A stretch of DNA of 64,000 nucleotides from contig NW_027266297.1 in assembly GCF_022045235.1 (NCBI RefSeq), positions 37,076,001-37,140,000 on the forward strand, in the 5' to 3' direction. Below are positions 41,301 through 56,300 of this stretch, in pieces; the stretch's first letter is position 1, and each line of letters begins with the position of its first letter. The stretch is from Haliotis cracherodii (Eukaryota). The notes beneath the pieces were generated by a model. That model saw nothing but the letters and a program-made list of their open reading frames with translations. It did not search any database and was not told the DNA's origin. Both the position numbers and the translations under genes were made by a program.

Positions 41301-44300
41301 GTAATGAAATGGAAGAATTTCCTGTCGAGTGGATAAGATCATGAAAATGTCCTGGGCCCACTTGCACAAAGCCACCTTAGTGGTAAGACCATCGTAACTC
41401 CCATACTTTAACATAGACTTACAATAGTGTTCGCACTAAGATTGGTTTGTGCAAGTGGGCCTTGATGTCAGTGTCTCTACCACACTCACTGTACACCGGT
41501 ACAGTCTGTGAAGCCTATTCTTGATGTCCCCCGCCGTGATGTGACTGGAATAGGGCTTATAGAGATGTAATACGCCACTCACAGAACTGCGATTAGCATG
41601 ACAGTAAGGTATGTGATACATGAGGTTTGGTTGTCATGACAAGTCTCATTACTTCCATATGATCATATGATCATATGATGTCTGTCTTTCAGAAACCAAG
41701 GAAGTCTTGACCGTGTCTGTACCATCGGAGCCTCCGTCAGTGAAACTTCCTTCAAGGTATGTTGAGGCTTGATTACACTAATTGTATTGTTGTGGTATAG
41801 GCAGAAGTCACAAAGTGACTTAGACAGGCTTTCCTTCAACACTGATGCCTGAGTATTTTCACTGACATTTACCAATTAATGACAAAACCAACAATCAGTC
41901 AAGTGTGACTTTATTCTTTTCACGATATGCTGCACATGATTTCCAAACTTAACACGCTGATCCTGCACGAGACAAAAGTGATGTGATGTGTTCATGAGCA
42001 TCGGTTCACACAACATATCACTATGTTCATTGTGCATCAAACCAATCTAATATCTCTTGAATATGAGTAAGTCTTCATATAATAACCAACATGTGTGGTA
42101 TTTGCGTTTCATTTGGTGGTGTGTATATTATCACATTGGAAACATCTCTTCTTAACATACATACTTCTCTATATATTTCTATGGTTCATGTTTCTTTTGG
42201 TGGTGAGTATCTATCAGTGTAAGACATTAACAGATATCCTAGGCCTTTGATGTAGTTTGATTATTTGATCTAATACTCTCCCAAAAAGTTTTCTGATTGC
42301 TCCATGCTTTCTCTTGTAATGTCTAATGCAGGACCGCCTCCGTGGTCTAGTGGTAGAGTGTCCGCCCGGAGAGCGGAAGGTCCGGGGTTCGATCTCTGCG
42401 TCATACCAAAAGACGTTAAAAGATAGTACTTGTTGTTACCCTGTCAGGCGCTCGGCATTAAGGGGCTTAAACAAGGACTGGTCGGCTCAGAGTCTGTATA
42501 CAGTGTCTTGAGTGGGGTATTCATGTTAAACTGTGGCATGGTATCTCAGTGTGCTAGCACTATAAATCGGCATCACTCTGGACTTGTACAAGCAGCCACA
42601 GACACACGTGCATGCACGTCGCTATATAAGTGCAATAATCTTGGACTCGACGTTAAACCCAATTTCACCTCACCTCACCTCTAATGCAGGATCATACAAA
42701 TACTTTATCTGAACTCTCAAAGGGAGATAAGCCTGACTGTATCTGTCCCTTGATCAATGTTGTTGTTTTTCCAGCAGCCAGCCTGTGGATGTGGCAGCCG
42801 TGGACAAGATCGTGCAGCCGGCGGACGAGGTTGACGGGGACAGCTCCAAGGTACTGTCCTCCCCTTCACACTTCATGGCACTGGCAGGAAGGATCACAAA
42901 CAGTCTAACGCTAGTCTCAAAGTCTGACTCATTGAAGGAAATAGTACCTAGATCTAGGGGCAAACAGACTTGTGCAGCCTTTTTTCCAAATGTGTATTGT
43001 CTTTGGTCCATATATCACATCAGCTCCTTTTATCTCATTTGCTAAGATAATGACTGGTATGGCTTAGATTTAGCTAAGTAAACATTAGTACTCAGGCACC
43101 ACTTGCATAAGCATCAAAAAGCTGATATAAATTTATTCTCTTTTTGTTTTGAGAAGAAAAGGTCACTGCCAACACCAGTTGTTCAAACCTTTTTGCCAGA
43201 AAAGTGGCCAAGTTGTTGAGCTTTCGACTGTTACGATCATGCCTGCCACACGTTGTTTTGATATTTTGGTCACCAGGCACCTATCTTACTTTTCTGCAAT
43301 TACTCATCGCTGATAGGAAGCGATGTTACTCATAGTGACATGATTGAGGTTTTCTCTCAGATTGTCCTTCACATACATTATGGGTTAGTTCAATGGATTG
43401 GAAAGTAAGTTATTAGAAGAAGGGATAATCCAGAAAAATATATTTGTGCTTTAACAATCCAGTATTATTATGATTGACATAACCTGTATTAGACAGATTG
43501 TACATAAATATCCTCACCATTACACCTGTAGTGGTCTGATTCATTTACTGTCTTAGGATCCAGGGTCCTCAGAGTCCATCAGCTAGAACTTTGGAGGGAT
43601 TCTGAAATAATATTGACATGTGTTTATTTCTTATGCCACCAGTCCTCATGTATTTCCTTGCCACGTCTTATTGCAGACCTCGGGGGCGGAGTTTGTACTG
43701 CCTGGCAGTATGAGCCCCGGGAAGAGTGACAATATGTCTCCCACAAGCACACTGACCGAGGGTAAACTACTGACTACCCCACTTAGCATGACACGGCTTA
43801 CGTAGCAGCCTGCTTGTGGGCTGCCGCCCCGGCTGTAGCCTCAGTGCCTGCTGGCTCAGCATCTAATACTCCATTAACTGCTCGCTCATCATTTTCTTGC
43901 AACCATGTCAGAATCATAGTGGAAAAGCCCATTGATAAGATAATTATTGAATATTTTAAATAATTTTTTTAGAGGTTTTTACAATGACTTTTTGGAAGTT
44001 TATACCAAATAGGTACTACAGCATATTAATCTCTAGTGTACATACTGTGTAAGATTTTTTTTTTTTTTTAAATATCAATATCTACAGGCATTTTGATAAG
44101 GTGAATTTGACAATAATATTATATTTTTAATGTATTATATCAGTGTTTGGTGTTAGGATGAACATTGTGTCTTGTCCATTCCTGATGTTTACAAGTTCAA
44201 TTTTAGATTTTGCAAGGCTAACTACAAGTTCAATTGCAGTTTTGGGTAAAGCAGGGATGCATTTAGTGATCACAACTTAATATGCAAGTGCAATATGAAT

Positions 44301-47300
44301 TCATATGATCAATTTGAAAAAATACCACAAAGTCTGCTATAAACTTCCAAATGTATTTATATAGGTCAGTGGGCTAAATCCTCTTGTCCTCTACGACTTT
44401 AACACTGTTGATTCTGAGTGTGTTGGATAAATGATGAGTCTGTGTGTCTTCATCTAACACAATGCCTGAAAGGAGTCATTCACAACAAGTGTGTCTTGCT
44501 GAGTTGGCATCTAGCTGTTTCATATTCATCCCATGTATTCCATTTGCTTTAGATTGTTTGACAGCTGATGTTGCACACTGCACAGTTGTTTACTGGCTCC
44601 ATCATGTCATCATGGCTGCTGTTGCAGATTCACATTCACATTCATCCTCAATTCATCTTTCAACCCTGACTCAACCCAGATGGAACTTAATACTTTCAAA
44701 TACTTGCCCAAATCAGGTTTTATGTGGTAGATATATCCAGGGATGAGAGTCTTCCGCGGATCTATGAATTTCTGCAAACTTCCGCAAACTTTAGTGACCA
44801 CAAATTTGTTAAAATCTGAGGGCTTGAGCCATAAACACCTAAAAATATGGACCATGCTCCATTGCAAAGAAGTTCCACCTGAAAAGGAAAATATCCATTC
44901 TCATCCCTATATAGCTAAGGTATCAGTGATATCTATCGCCCAGACTTGCCCTCTTTGCAAAGCATCCGTTCTTGATCTGTGAAGTATTGAAATGGCTGTC
45001 AGTCTGTTTGAAAAGTGTTTCAGTATAAGTGTCAGTATGAGAGTCATTGAATGCAAAATATTTCAATGATTAGGGTGTTCTTGTCTAAATCCTCCCTTTA
45101 GCAGCACCTGCAACAACATCTACTTTAGGTGATAGCTAACTGTGCGCTTCTATTTAAACACTGGATATTTAAGGCTGAATAGTATGTTCTTTTCATCCAG
45201 TTCATTACTTGTGTGAGTAGATTGTTCTAGGATATCAAGGCATTCAGAGCATTTTTTATTGTTATCTTTGTTTGTAAAAAGACTTGTCAGTTTTATCAGG
45301 ACACTGCCACATACCGTCTCTCTGAGACAAGACACCCAGATCGGTAAACTCCTTTCAGACCGCCCACCAGTGTGTGCTAGCCATCATCCTCATCTGTAGC
45401 TTCATCACATATCTAACATCTCACTCTATAACGCTCCGCTGGGAGATAAACGCTGTATCACAACATCTGCATGTCTCTCATGTGGGCAGATATACTCTAG
45501 TGGTAGAACCATAGACTGCACCTCTCCCTTTTGGAGACTACTCTCACTACAAATGTGATCATGTTATCTGCATGTCTCTCTTGTGGGCAAATATACACGT
45601 AGTGGTAGAACCATAGACTGCACCTTTTTCATTGGAGAATACTCACTACAGATATCGGCATGTTATGTGCATGTCTCTCTTGTGGGCAAATATACACGTA
45701 GTGGTGGAACCATAGACTGCACCTTTCTCCGTTGGAGATACCCTCTGCAGATGTTGGCATGTTGACATGAGGGATGTACTGTAGCTGTAGCTGATACAGG
45801 TCATAATACATCAGTGATATGGATTGATTCTGCCAGGGTGTCGCATGTCATGGAGAATGTTACACTGTACGACATACCTGCCTGTTGTAATTTGTTGCAT
45901 TATGAGACTGCGGTACAGTGTCTGATATTGCTGGGATGCATTATTGGGTCGTATTCCTTGTATGGGTTAAACGTTTCATTTCAAATCTGGTATTAATGCA
46001 AGTGGGTATGAACTTTTGTCATGGTATTAAGATGTGAAATGTGTGTGATGTGCATGTATGAGAACCGAGTAAGAGTTACCTCCCTTGCATGTACTATACC
46101 TCTTCAAGCTATCATGACATATTGCAGCATGGAATACAACATATATAAACATCATTATTCACAGTGTATATCAGTGTATTTATCAGTTTGAATTGTAGTG
46201 AAGGCTTCTAAATAATACATGGATATGCAACATTGTTTTTATTAACAAGTGCACACTATACTCTGTACGATTTATTAATGCATGTATATTGTACTAACTA
46301 AAATATTTATAATGGTTTAACCATTGAATTTGTCAAAATAAAAGGAAATTATTATTGAGAGTGTTGCACCGAGATTGTGTTCGGCATATTGTATATAAAT
46401 CCTTAAGAAACAGTATGTTGCATTTGACTTATTTTAGTTTCTGTCGGTCAGTGGTACTGACCCGTGAAGATCAGGAGTAGAATAGGTCTTCAGCAACCCA
46501 TGCTTGCCGTAAAAGGCAACTATGCTTGTCATAAGAGGCGACTAACGGGATCGGGTGGTCAGGCTCGCTGACTTGGTTGATCATGTTGATGCATGTCATT
46601 ATGTCCCAATTGCGTGGATCGATGCTCATGATTCAATCCCTGGATTACCTGGTCTAGACTCGATTATTTACAGATCACCTTCAAATAGTTTGAATATTAC
46701 TGAGGGCGGCTTTAAACAACAAACAAACAAACGGTATTGGTACTGTGGAAACTATGGCAACTGTCACATTAACTAGTCATTGTAGGGTTGCTTTTAGAAC
46801 TCTTTAACCTAGATCTATCAGACTTATGAAAGACCTTCCATGTTTTGGTTGTCAGTAGAATAATTGTTGATTATGGCACTTCTGATTTTTGTCATTCTGA
46901 TATTTTCCTATTCAAGTAAATTTTCTAAAATGTCTACACATTAGCTTTTAATGAGCATGGACATCCCCCAATCAACTTTTGGTGGTCCCACTTTTGGAAG
47001 GAAGAGGGCCAGCTAGGATTATCTCCCTTTTGGGGATTTCCGGGTTAGATTGGCCCACAGCAACCTATGCTTGTTGTAAGAGGCGACTTAATGAATCAGG
47101 TGGTCAGGCTTCGGGGCAAAGTTAATGTACTAGACAATGTTGGATCGTTGCTCATGATATCAATCAGTGTTTTCTTCTGGTCCAGACTTGATTATTTACA
47201 TGAGGCCATCATATAGTAGGAATATGAAGGCAGCTTTCAACATTAAAAGACACATTTGACAAGCTATGACTTAAACACAATATCTCGATGCAACACTATA

Positions 47301-50300
47301 ATTGGGTTCCGAACTAGTGGGTTATATTTTTTTCAGGGTTCAGTACTTGAGCCTCCAGGATAACAGTCCTGAAACACTGGCCACATAACAAGCCCTTACT
47401 GTAGCAGCACTAACCAAGCATGACAACACATATCCACCCCAGTATTGAAACATACTAAATCACTTCAAGCTGTTCTGTTATTTGGTACTGGCTGATTTCT
47501 TCATAAACCAACAAAAATTCCAAATTTACAATGATGTGCATGCTTATGGTTCATCTGTGAATATTATGTTCAGAACTACCTAGAACTCCTGCTAGATTTA
47601 TAATGCTGTCAGGTTTTGTTCTCAACCATTAGGATATGAGTTAGAATTGGTCTTAAGCAACCCATGCTTGTCGTCAGAGGCGATTAATGGGATAAGGTGG
47701 TCAGACTCGCTGACTTGGTTGATGCATGTAATCATATCCCAATTACTTAGATCAATGTTCACTATATCAATCACTGGGTTATCTGGTCAAGACTTGATTA
47801 TTTACAGACCTCCGTCCTATAGCTATAATATTGCTGAGTGCGGTGTTAAATAACAAACAAACAAATATCTCGCCAGTATACAGAGACCCTGGTCGTAAGA
47901 GGCAACCAAATGGATCAGCTGGCCAGACTGTTGATGGTGTGTCATCGTACCCGACAGCGTGGATCGTTCACAATACCAATCACTGGATTGTCTGGTCCAG
48001 ACTAATTATTTAGAGCCTGCAAACAAACATCTGAACGAAGGTGTTGTTTTGCTGAATGAAACATTATTAACTTTGTGTTCTGTGTTGATATCATGAGACT
48101 TTACATCTTTCTACATGGCCATGCTGGAATGTAAATATGCAGGTTATAATTTACATTATGCTAATTTGAAATTTTGTTTTATGTTTAAGAAGAGGTCAGC
48201 CTAAACCTGTTTGGTATTGCATGAATACTGCATGATTGCATGCCCACACTCACTCACTCACTCCATGTGAAGTCGTGGACTGAGATTAAACCTTGTGAAT
48301 CTTGACTAAGTCAGTAGACCAACACAGTAATGAGAATGCCTTCAGTGTAATTGCATGATTATATTAAATTAAACCCAATTACCTCACATTTTGAAAAAAG
48401 CTGTAAAAATAAGACATGGTGGAGAGACAGGACATTTCGTCATGGCGTGCTGTGATTTGCTTCTTTGAGACTCTAGAGTAAGGTCGGTATTTCAGGAGAC
48501 GATGAGTGGAATGATTTAGATCTCCAATCGGATGATGAGTTGCCGGATAATTTGCTTCCGGACGACTCGACTACTCCCGGCTCGGCCAATCATCAAGCTG
48601 TGCTTACTCCACACTGCATGGCAGGTAATATCAACACCACCTGTTCAAGTGATATACCCATGTTATCTACCAGAATACAGCGCTGTGAAAACCAAGCATA
48701 TGTACAAGAAACATCCATGTCTTTACAAGAAACTAAAGTACCAACAAGTAGACCCAAAGTCTTTCTCCTCTTCTTGCCCATTTCACAAAGCAGTCTTAGC
48801 ATTACAACTACCTTACTTTACCACTGACTGATAGTCGAAGTGCGCAACTTCTTTGTGAAACAGGCCCCAGATTTGTTTAATGGATCAATCATAATTAGGT
48901 GTATATGATTGTTTTATTTTTGTCAGCACTCTTTATGGGCACAGTTTTATGCAGATTGTAACATTTTTATTTGACCGTATTTTGTTTATATGCACCGTTT
49001 CAATAGTTGTTACTAAAATACAACAAAACATTTCCAGCTTGTAATACATGCAGATACATACCAAACAAACTTTGAACAACAAACGCAACATTCAGACACA
49101 TACCAAACAAACTTTGAGCAATAAACACAACATTCAGACACATACCAAACAAACTTTGGACAACGAACACAACATTCAGACACATACCAAACAAACTTTG
49201 AGCAATAAACACAACATTCAGACACATACCAAACAAACTTTGGACAACGAACACAACATTCAGACACATACCAAACAAACTTTGAGCAATAAACACAACA
49301 TTCAGACACATACCAAACAAACTTTGGACAAAGAACACAACATTCAGACACATACCAAACAAACTTTGGACAACGAACACAACATTCAGACACATACCAA
49401 ACAAACTTTGAGCAATACATACAACATTCAGTTTCACATACAAACGAAACTTTGAACAATAAACACAAAAGAGACAAGTATGGCTATGATTAATGTTGAT
49501 TATATGTTTCTCTATGGGGAAATGAGGGTGTATGTTCCAGGACGTCTGTGTGTTAAGGAATAAATAGTTGCGGTGTGTTAACTTGCTGTCCATCTCCCAA
49601 CAGAGTTGTGCAGTCATGAGAGTTGTCTGCCCTTTATTGAGGTGGAGGAGAGTGAGATGGCGTATACATGTATTGTTAGCAGCACCACAGTGCGTAAGTG
49701 GCCTTCAAGTGATGTGTTACCTTGGCTGTGTCACCTCCCTGCCCTTTACTCAAAACTGCTGGAAAACTGTTACCCACTTCGTACTGGTAGTGTGATACCT
49801 CGCGAGAAAAAAGATTCAACTCTTCAGAATCACTTGACTTGGGTGATTTATGGCCTTAACAAGGTAAAATTCAAGTCATAAGAACAACACTTTTTTTTGT
49901 CTGCTCAAACTTCATGGCAAACCTGTCCCAATGTTATGTAGAACACTAATAATGATGTGAAGACCTAGTCTGAAACTAGACAACAGACTGTGGAGCATAG
50001 TCTTTCTGTAAACATTAATGTTGTACCAGCTCAAGTATGTTAGAAATACAAGTGCAGAAAGAAACACTGCTGCATTAAATGTATCTTGAAGTTGAACCAT
50101 TTGACCCTATTCAGAAACTTTAGATTTAGAATATACAAATCAAGTTTTGGTTAAATTTATAGATGGATAATATACCTAACTGTGATGAAGCAGCTGATAG
50201 TTTAAGCTTGAATTAATAATGCATTTCCCTGCTGTCGCAGTGTTTGATTCTAAGACTTGTGATGGCCACAACTTGACTCTGATGGGTCATAGTTTACCAG

Positions 50301-53300
50301 CAACACAATGACGGTGATTCCCTTCTCACACAAGGTGCCTAATGCACTCTTCATCTGCAAAGTGTCCAATATTTGTTCAAGCAAGGCTTTGCTTTCAAGG
50401 TGTCAACTTTTTGAAGCAACCCTTTACTTACATGGCGTCCACTTTTTTGAAGCAATCATTTACTTACATGGCGTCCACATTTTGAAGCAACTCTTTACTT
50501 ACATGGCGTCCACTTTTTGAAGCAACCCTTTACTTACATGGCGTCCACTGTTTGAAGCAATCCTTCACTTACCAGATATCAAGTTCCAAGTCACATTAAC
50601 CCAACTTTTTTTTCAGACTGTTTTGCAGTGGATTTAACAGTTTGCATTTCAGATAGGAAGATGCAGCGAAACTCTTGGCCATGGACTGTACTCATATTAG
50701 TGTTGATACAAACTAGCAAAACTACAGCCATTTGAAAGAGTGATCAACAGGTTTTTGTATTTCAACATTAATGTGAACAAACCAGAGACCAGATTTCCCT
50801 TGCTTATTAAAGTCCTATGGTAGATCATACCCCCTGTTTTGATCTGCTATTTTACATTGGGTCTCTAGGGGGTTCTTTAGAAGGATAGACACCAGTTATG
50901 TTGAGTGTACTGTTGTGTTCCCTTATCCAACAAGCAGTGGTGTGCTCAGCTGATTCCCATACTCCAGACTTGTAGGTACTCCCGTTTAGGTATGCCACAT
51001 GGGAATACGTCCTCAAGTCAAACTATTATCTGGAACTCTCAAGTTAGAACAGTAGCTTGGAATATATTTACACAGATTGTATCCTAAATTTCCTGGGTAC
51101 CTTTAAGATGAGGAAAATTGTTGGCTTCAGCTGTTGATTGGTCAAATTGGGATGGAAACCGGACAGTGACATGATTTGCATTAAACCCTAAATGTTAGAA
51201 CCATGAGAATAACTTTACAAGGAAATACAACGGAAAGCATGCTGAAAAGGCATTACCCAATTTGACTCGAATGAAAACCTAGGAAGAATTGGTGTTTTGG
51301 TTTTGGTTTTTAGAACTTTGTACTCTGTTTCAGCCCTCCAGTTCCCCCACTTCCCCTATTGACAGGTAACAGTGTGTAGATATAACTACTTATCTACCTA
51401 CCACGGTGACAGGGCTTTACGTATGTCATATATACCAGGTTGTAGTGGTTGATGAGGCTCACCCTGTGGCAGTCACGACGGTGCAAATCATGTGCAGTGA
51501 GAGATTGACAGATCACCAACATGCATGCATGCACTTACCTGCAGGCAGGGAAGATGACTGAAATATGATTACCGTATTCAACGTAATAAGAGCCTACGGC
51601 GATATTTGCCAATATTTGGACAAGTGAACAATCCCAATTAGCACCCCTTCCGATTGATCAATTTACACAAAACTTATTTATTCGCGTATAATACGCACTC
51701 GTGTGTCACAAGCACCCTTAATAATGGGCAATTAAATTCTGGAATAATATATCTGTCGTATATAAACATTTCAGGCTGTCAGCATAAACCACAAAATTTA
51801 TCTTTCAACTCAGTTTTTTTTTCACCCAAATAATATTCTAATAAGAGCCCCCTATTTCTAATTTTGAGAGCGCCCTAGGCGCTTATTAAGTCGAATACGG
51901 TAGTCATTGTTTGCTACAATACTTTTTTTTGTTTAACTGAAAATGCAAACATATTCAAAGTTTGTTTGTGTTTGAACTGTTTCAGTTATTTTTTCTACAA
52001 ATTAAGACATGGAATAAGACTTGTTTGTGTCAGATTAGTCCCATGGTTCTCATGATTTGGTTGACCCCTGTCAAGATCCGGGTTAGAATTGGCCTTCAGA
52101 GGTGACCAGCAGGATCAGGTGGTTGGGTTCACTGACTTGGTCGATGCATGTCATTGTATCCCAATTGCGTAGATTGGTGCTCATGATTTTCAGACTGCTG
52201 TCATATAGCTGGAATATTGCTGAGTGCGACATTGAATAACAAACAAACTGGACTGGACAGGACTGGACTGGTTGACTGGACTTTGGTTGTAAGAACAATG
52301 CAAAACTGGACCAGAGCGCCCTGGACTGTTCGACTGGACCTCGTTACTTTGGACTTAGCCTGTACAACTGCCCATAATGGAGAATCCTAAGAGGCACTAC
52401 TGTATTTGCTGTGATATGCGCCCTGGGCACCTAGAAAAGTGACAGAGGGTCGCTAAACTATACACAACAAATTAAATTTGTTCAGGAGATCGATCCATTG
52501 TGGATAAACTTAGTTCAAACATCAATGAAACTAATATTTTTTCAATGATAATTACTGGGCAGTTAAAATTACCCCCTTCTCTGTAATATGCACACAGAGA
52601 TATGGACATCATGTGAATTATCAGTCTTAGGGAGGCTTATAAAGATTTTTTACAAGTTGGTCAGGGGACACTTTTTGGAAAGGGGCACATAATATGGCAA
52701 ATACAGTAACTGTAAAGAATTAGAGAAATGTAATGGTTGTATCCACACAGTTCATAACATAGATTAGCTTGTGTAACAAGTTGGTGAACCAACAGATGTA
52801 CCAATATCACAACTACAACCCGTATTACTAAGCATTGCACAAGGTACACTCGGCTGGTAGGGACTGCAGGTCAAAATACGTCCTCACTACCCCATGCTAG
52901 TCTTTGAGTGGTGATGATGAGTTTGTGGTCATTACCATGATTACAGTTTGTGACATGGCTGGTAGTGCCCCAACAGTGGGCTGGTTGATCATGCTTTCAA
53001 TGACAGTCAGACTCTGGTTATTTCCTTGCTGCTATAACATAGCTGTAATATTGCTGACTGTGGTATAAAACATCATTCACTCACTTAATGAGTTCACACT
53101 TACGGAACACAGTTTGCACTAACATTGCACAGTGATTTGCACCCCGTTACAAGTACTGCGTTGTGGATTTTTCAGCAGTCTAGTTTGGACTGTTGTGTTG
53201 TGGCGGTGATGAAAGATGATGTTTCAAGGGTTGATGCATGCGAAGGGTCTAGGGTCAGTGGGGACAGGTCAGTGGCTTCATTCACTCATTTCTAGATGGG

Positions 53301-56300
53301 TCAGCAAGGATCATACCTACAATTTGTAAGGACAAACTTTTATTCTTGGATCGCACACCTATGTAGGTTGAACCCTGCAGTTTGCAGGTGAAATGTTGAA
53401 ATACAGGTCACCAAGGCAGCAGTTATCCAACTTACTATATTTTTTGGTTGTGAATCTCACAGGGACATAATTAATTTTATGTTTTGATGCTAACAGCTGA
53501 TCAATTGTACATTACATGAGCCCTTATGTAAAATAGCCATGAAGAGTATTGGCGATTCGTATGAAAATTACTTAAAACTGAAGTAGAGTCTCTTTACTTT
53601 ACACAAATACTGATATATATATATCTTTTTCATGTTTGTTCATAGTGTAGCATGTTCCAAAGATTTTTGGGTGCTTTCAATGTCAATGTCGGGGCGGTGG
53701 GGTGGCCTAGAGGTTAAGGTGTTTGCTTGTCACGCCGAAAATCTGGGTTCGATTCCCCATATGGTTACAATGTTTGAAGCCCATTTCTGGTGTCACCCGA
53801 TGTGATATTGCTGGAATATTGCTTAAAGCGGCATAAAACCATTCCCACTCACTTTATTTTTAATTCACATTTTAAGATTAAATTTAAAGTATTTTTTCTT
53901 GCAAAAAGTCATGTGAAAATTACTTTTATGAAGTAAACAATGCCATTGGTAAAGTTAAATATGGTTTTATTGCAGAGTTAATATCCAGGGATGAAAATTT
54001 TCCTCCGATTTCGTTCCGTCAACTGTCACTATTGTGAAATATGACATTTCAGTACACAAGGGTCTCCCAGAACCCCAGCTAAATTTCAGTGTGCTTTTTT
54101 AAAAAAAAACCCGACATTCTCATCCCTGAGTATCATTCTGAAAGTCTGATTCCTGGAACTGTTAACATGTCGGGATGGGGCGATGAAGGTAGGAACAGCT
54201 TCCCATTGATAGAAATTAGTGAGTGAAAAAGCTACCTGTCAACCTCAGTCTGCATGTACAGTCTGAGAAATGCATGTTTTGTTGGTTGTTTTTCTGTTAT
54301 CCTGTTTTTGTGCAAGACAGTTGTCTGGCTACATTGTTTGCAGTGTAGATTAATACATTGTGCTTTATACCCCTTGTGGGCTATGCTTCCTGATGATAAT
54401 CAGCAGTGTTGAGCCATGTTTGAATCACCTAACAGGTGCTTGTTTCATGATGTCATTCATTAGCTTGTGCATGTCATTGCCTTTCATTTCAGAATTCCAT
54501 AAGCTTGTGTGTCATTGCTATTAGAAGCTACGGTTTGAGTAGCTGATGACCGCAAACAGGTGCTCAATTCAGGATGGGAATATTAAATGACTAATTGTAT
54601 TACGACCTTCATCAGGTAGCAGTGTATTCATTTAAGATTTTAATCCTTCTTTTGTAATGTCTTATAGAAGTTGAATAGAGTTTGAATATAGATATAGAAT
54701 TACAACAAATATGAGTTATTAATTATTGCTAAATGCCGCATCAGCCATCCCGTTGCTTGGTTTCCCTTTCATATCCTGGATTTATCAACCCTTGAAGTTC
54801 CGGGGTAGAATAGGTCTTCTCCAACCCATACTTGCCGTAAAAGGCGACTATGATTGTCGTAAGAGGCGACTAACGGGATCGGGGGGTCAGACTCGCTGAC
54901 TTGGTTGATGCATGTCATTGATCCCAATTGCGTGGATTGATGCTTATGATGTCAATCACTGGATGGTCTGGTACAGACTTGATTATTTACAGACCGCCGT
55001 CATATAGCTGGAATATTGCTGAGCGCGGCGTTAAACAACAAACCAACCAACCAACCAACCAACCTGGATTTATCTCTATTCATTATCATCAGTATTCATT
55101 AGATGTGTGTCCTTGATTGACCCAAGATACCATTCCAAGGTTTATTTAAAGAAGACTGTTTCTTGTGATCTTAGAAACAAATTTGCTTCCAAATGGATTT
55201 TGGTATTACCTCCCCTTTGTTCATCAGTTCAGTAACCGTAACCATGGTTACATGGTGTGTATTCTTGTTGTTTCAGGGCAAGCAGTAGTGAAAGTGAGTC
55301 AGAGCAGCAGTACTTCCAGACCCGCCTCTAGTCCAACGCCCCCACCCCGCCCGACCACACCTGATGCCCCATCCTCTGCAGCACTTGCATCTAGTCCAGC
55401 CCTCACCAAGAGGTCATCCGTCCAGGAGCCCAAGCCTAAGCCTACTCTGAGTCTGATAGCATGTGGAGATGTCGACTCATCTGTAAACCTGGGCAGTGAA
55501 CACTACGCCTTCTTGCCACCTAGTCCTATCAAAGTTGTCATCTCGGAGGCTGGAGATTCCGACGACGCCCACACGGAAGAGATCCAGGTGCGAGCTCCGC
55601 GGAAACCTCTTCCCTCCGAGACATCACCATTGCCTGCAATGGCTGCAGTGTCTACAACCAAGTCGCCAACTCGTCAGGGCTCTCCACCCAAAAGGGTTAC
55701 TCGTTCAGGATCAGGGTCAATAACTAAGTCAGATAGTCAGCACAGGTCCTCAGGTACTTCTGGAACCTCTTTACCCAGCTTGCCCTCGAAACCTGAATCT
55801 CGACGATATACATCTCAGACAGGGAGCTCCCCGAGGAAGGGTTCCATGGGGTCCAGTCACCCTGTCCGAACATCTGTCACCACCGTGCCAACATCCTCCA
55901 GGGTCTGTCTGAGTCGGTCTATGACTGCTGGAGCTCCTGCCTCCGTACCTAGAAGGTTGGCGACCTCCAGCTCCATGACCTCAAGGTCACACACAAGCAG
56001 TTCCCTGTCAAAGTCATCTGCCCCTGCGAGACGAAGCCTGGAACTGACATCTTCCCCATCGCGACAAATGCAGACGACAAGTGTAGGATCGTTACATTCT
56101 CGTCAGCGTCACTCGTCCGGGGGTGAGGGTGTCAACAGGTCTCCCCCTAAATCAGTAGAACGGAAGAACAGCGGCAGTTCAGCATCAAGTGGTTCAGGAA
56201 GGAGGAGTCACGACCGTTGTCATAGAGACCATCCAACTTCTGGATCCGTTACCGAGACAAATGTCACTTCCTCCACCTCTTCCGCAACCCCCTGCACCAA

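Noticed and set aside
49000-49617. 205-, 154- and 135-aa repetitive ORFs
   Set aside because: Products of a 42-bp (multiple of three) minisatellite.
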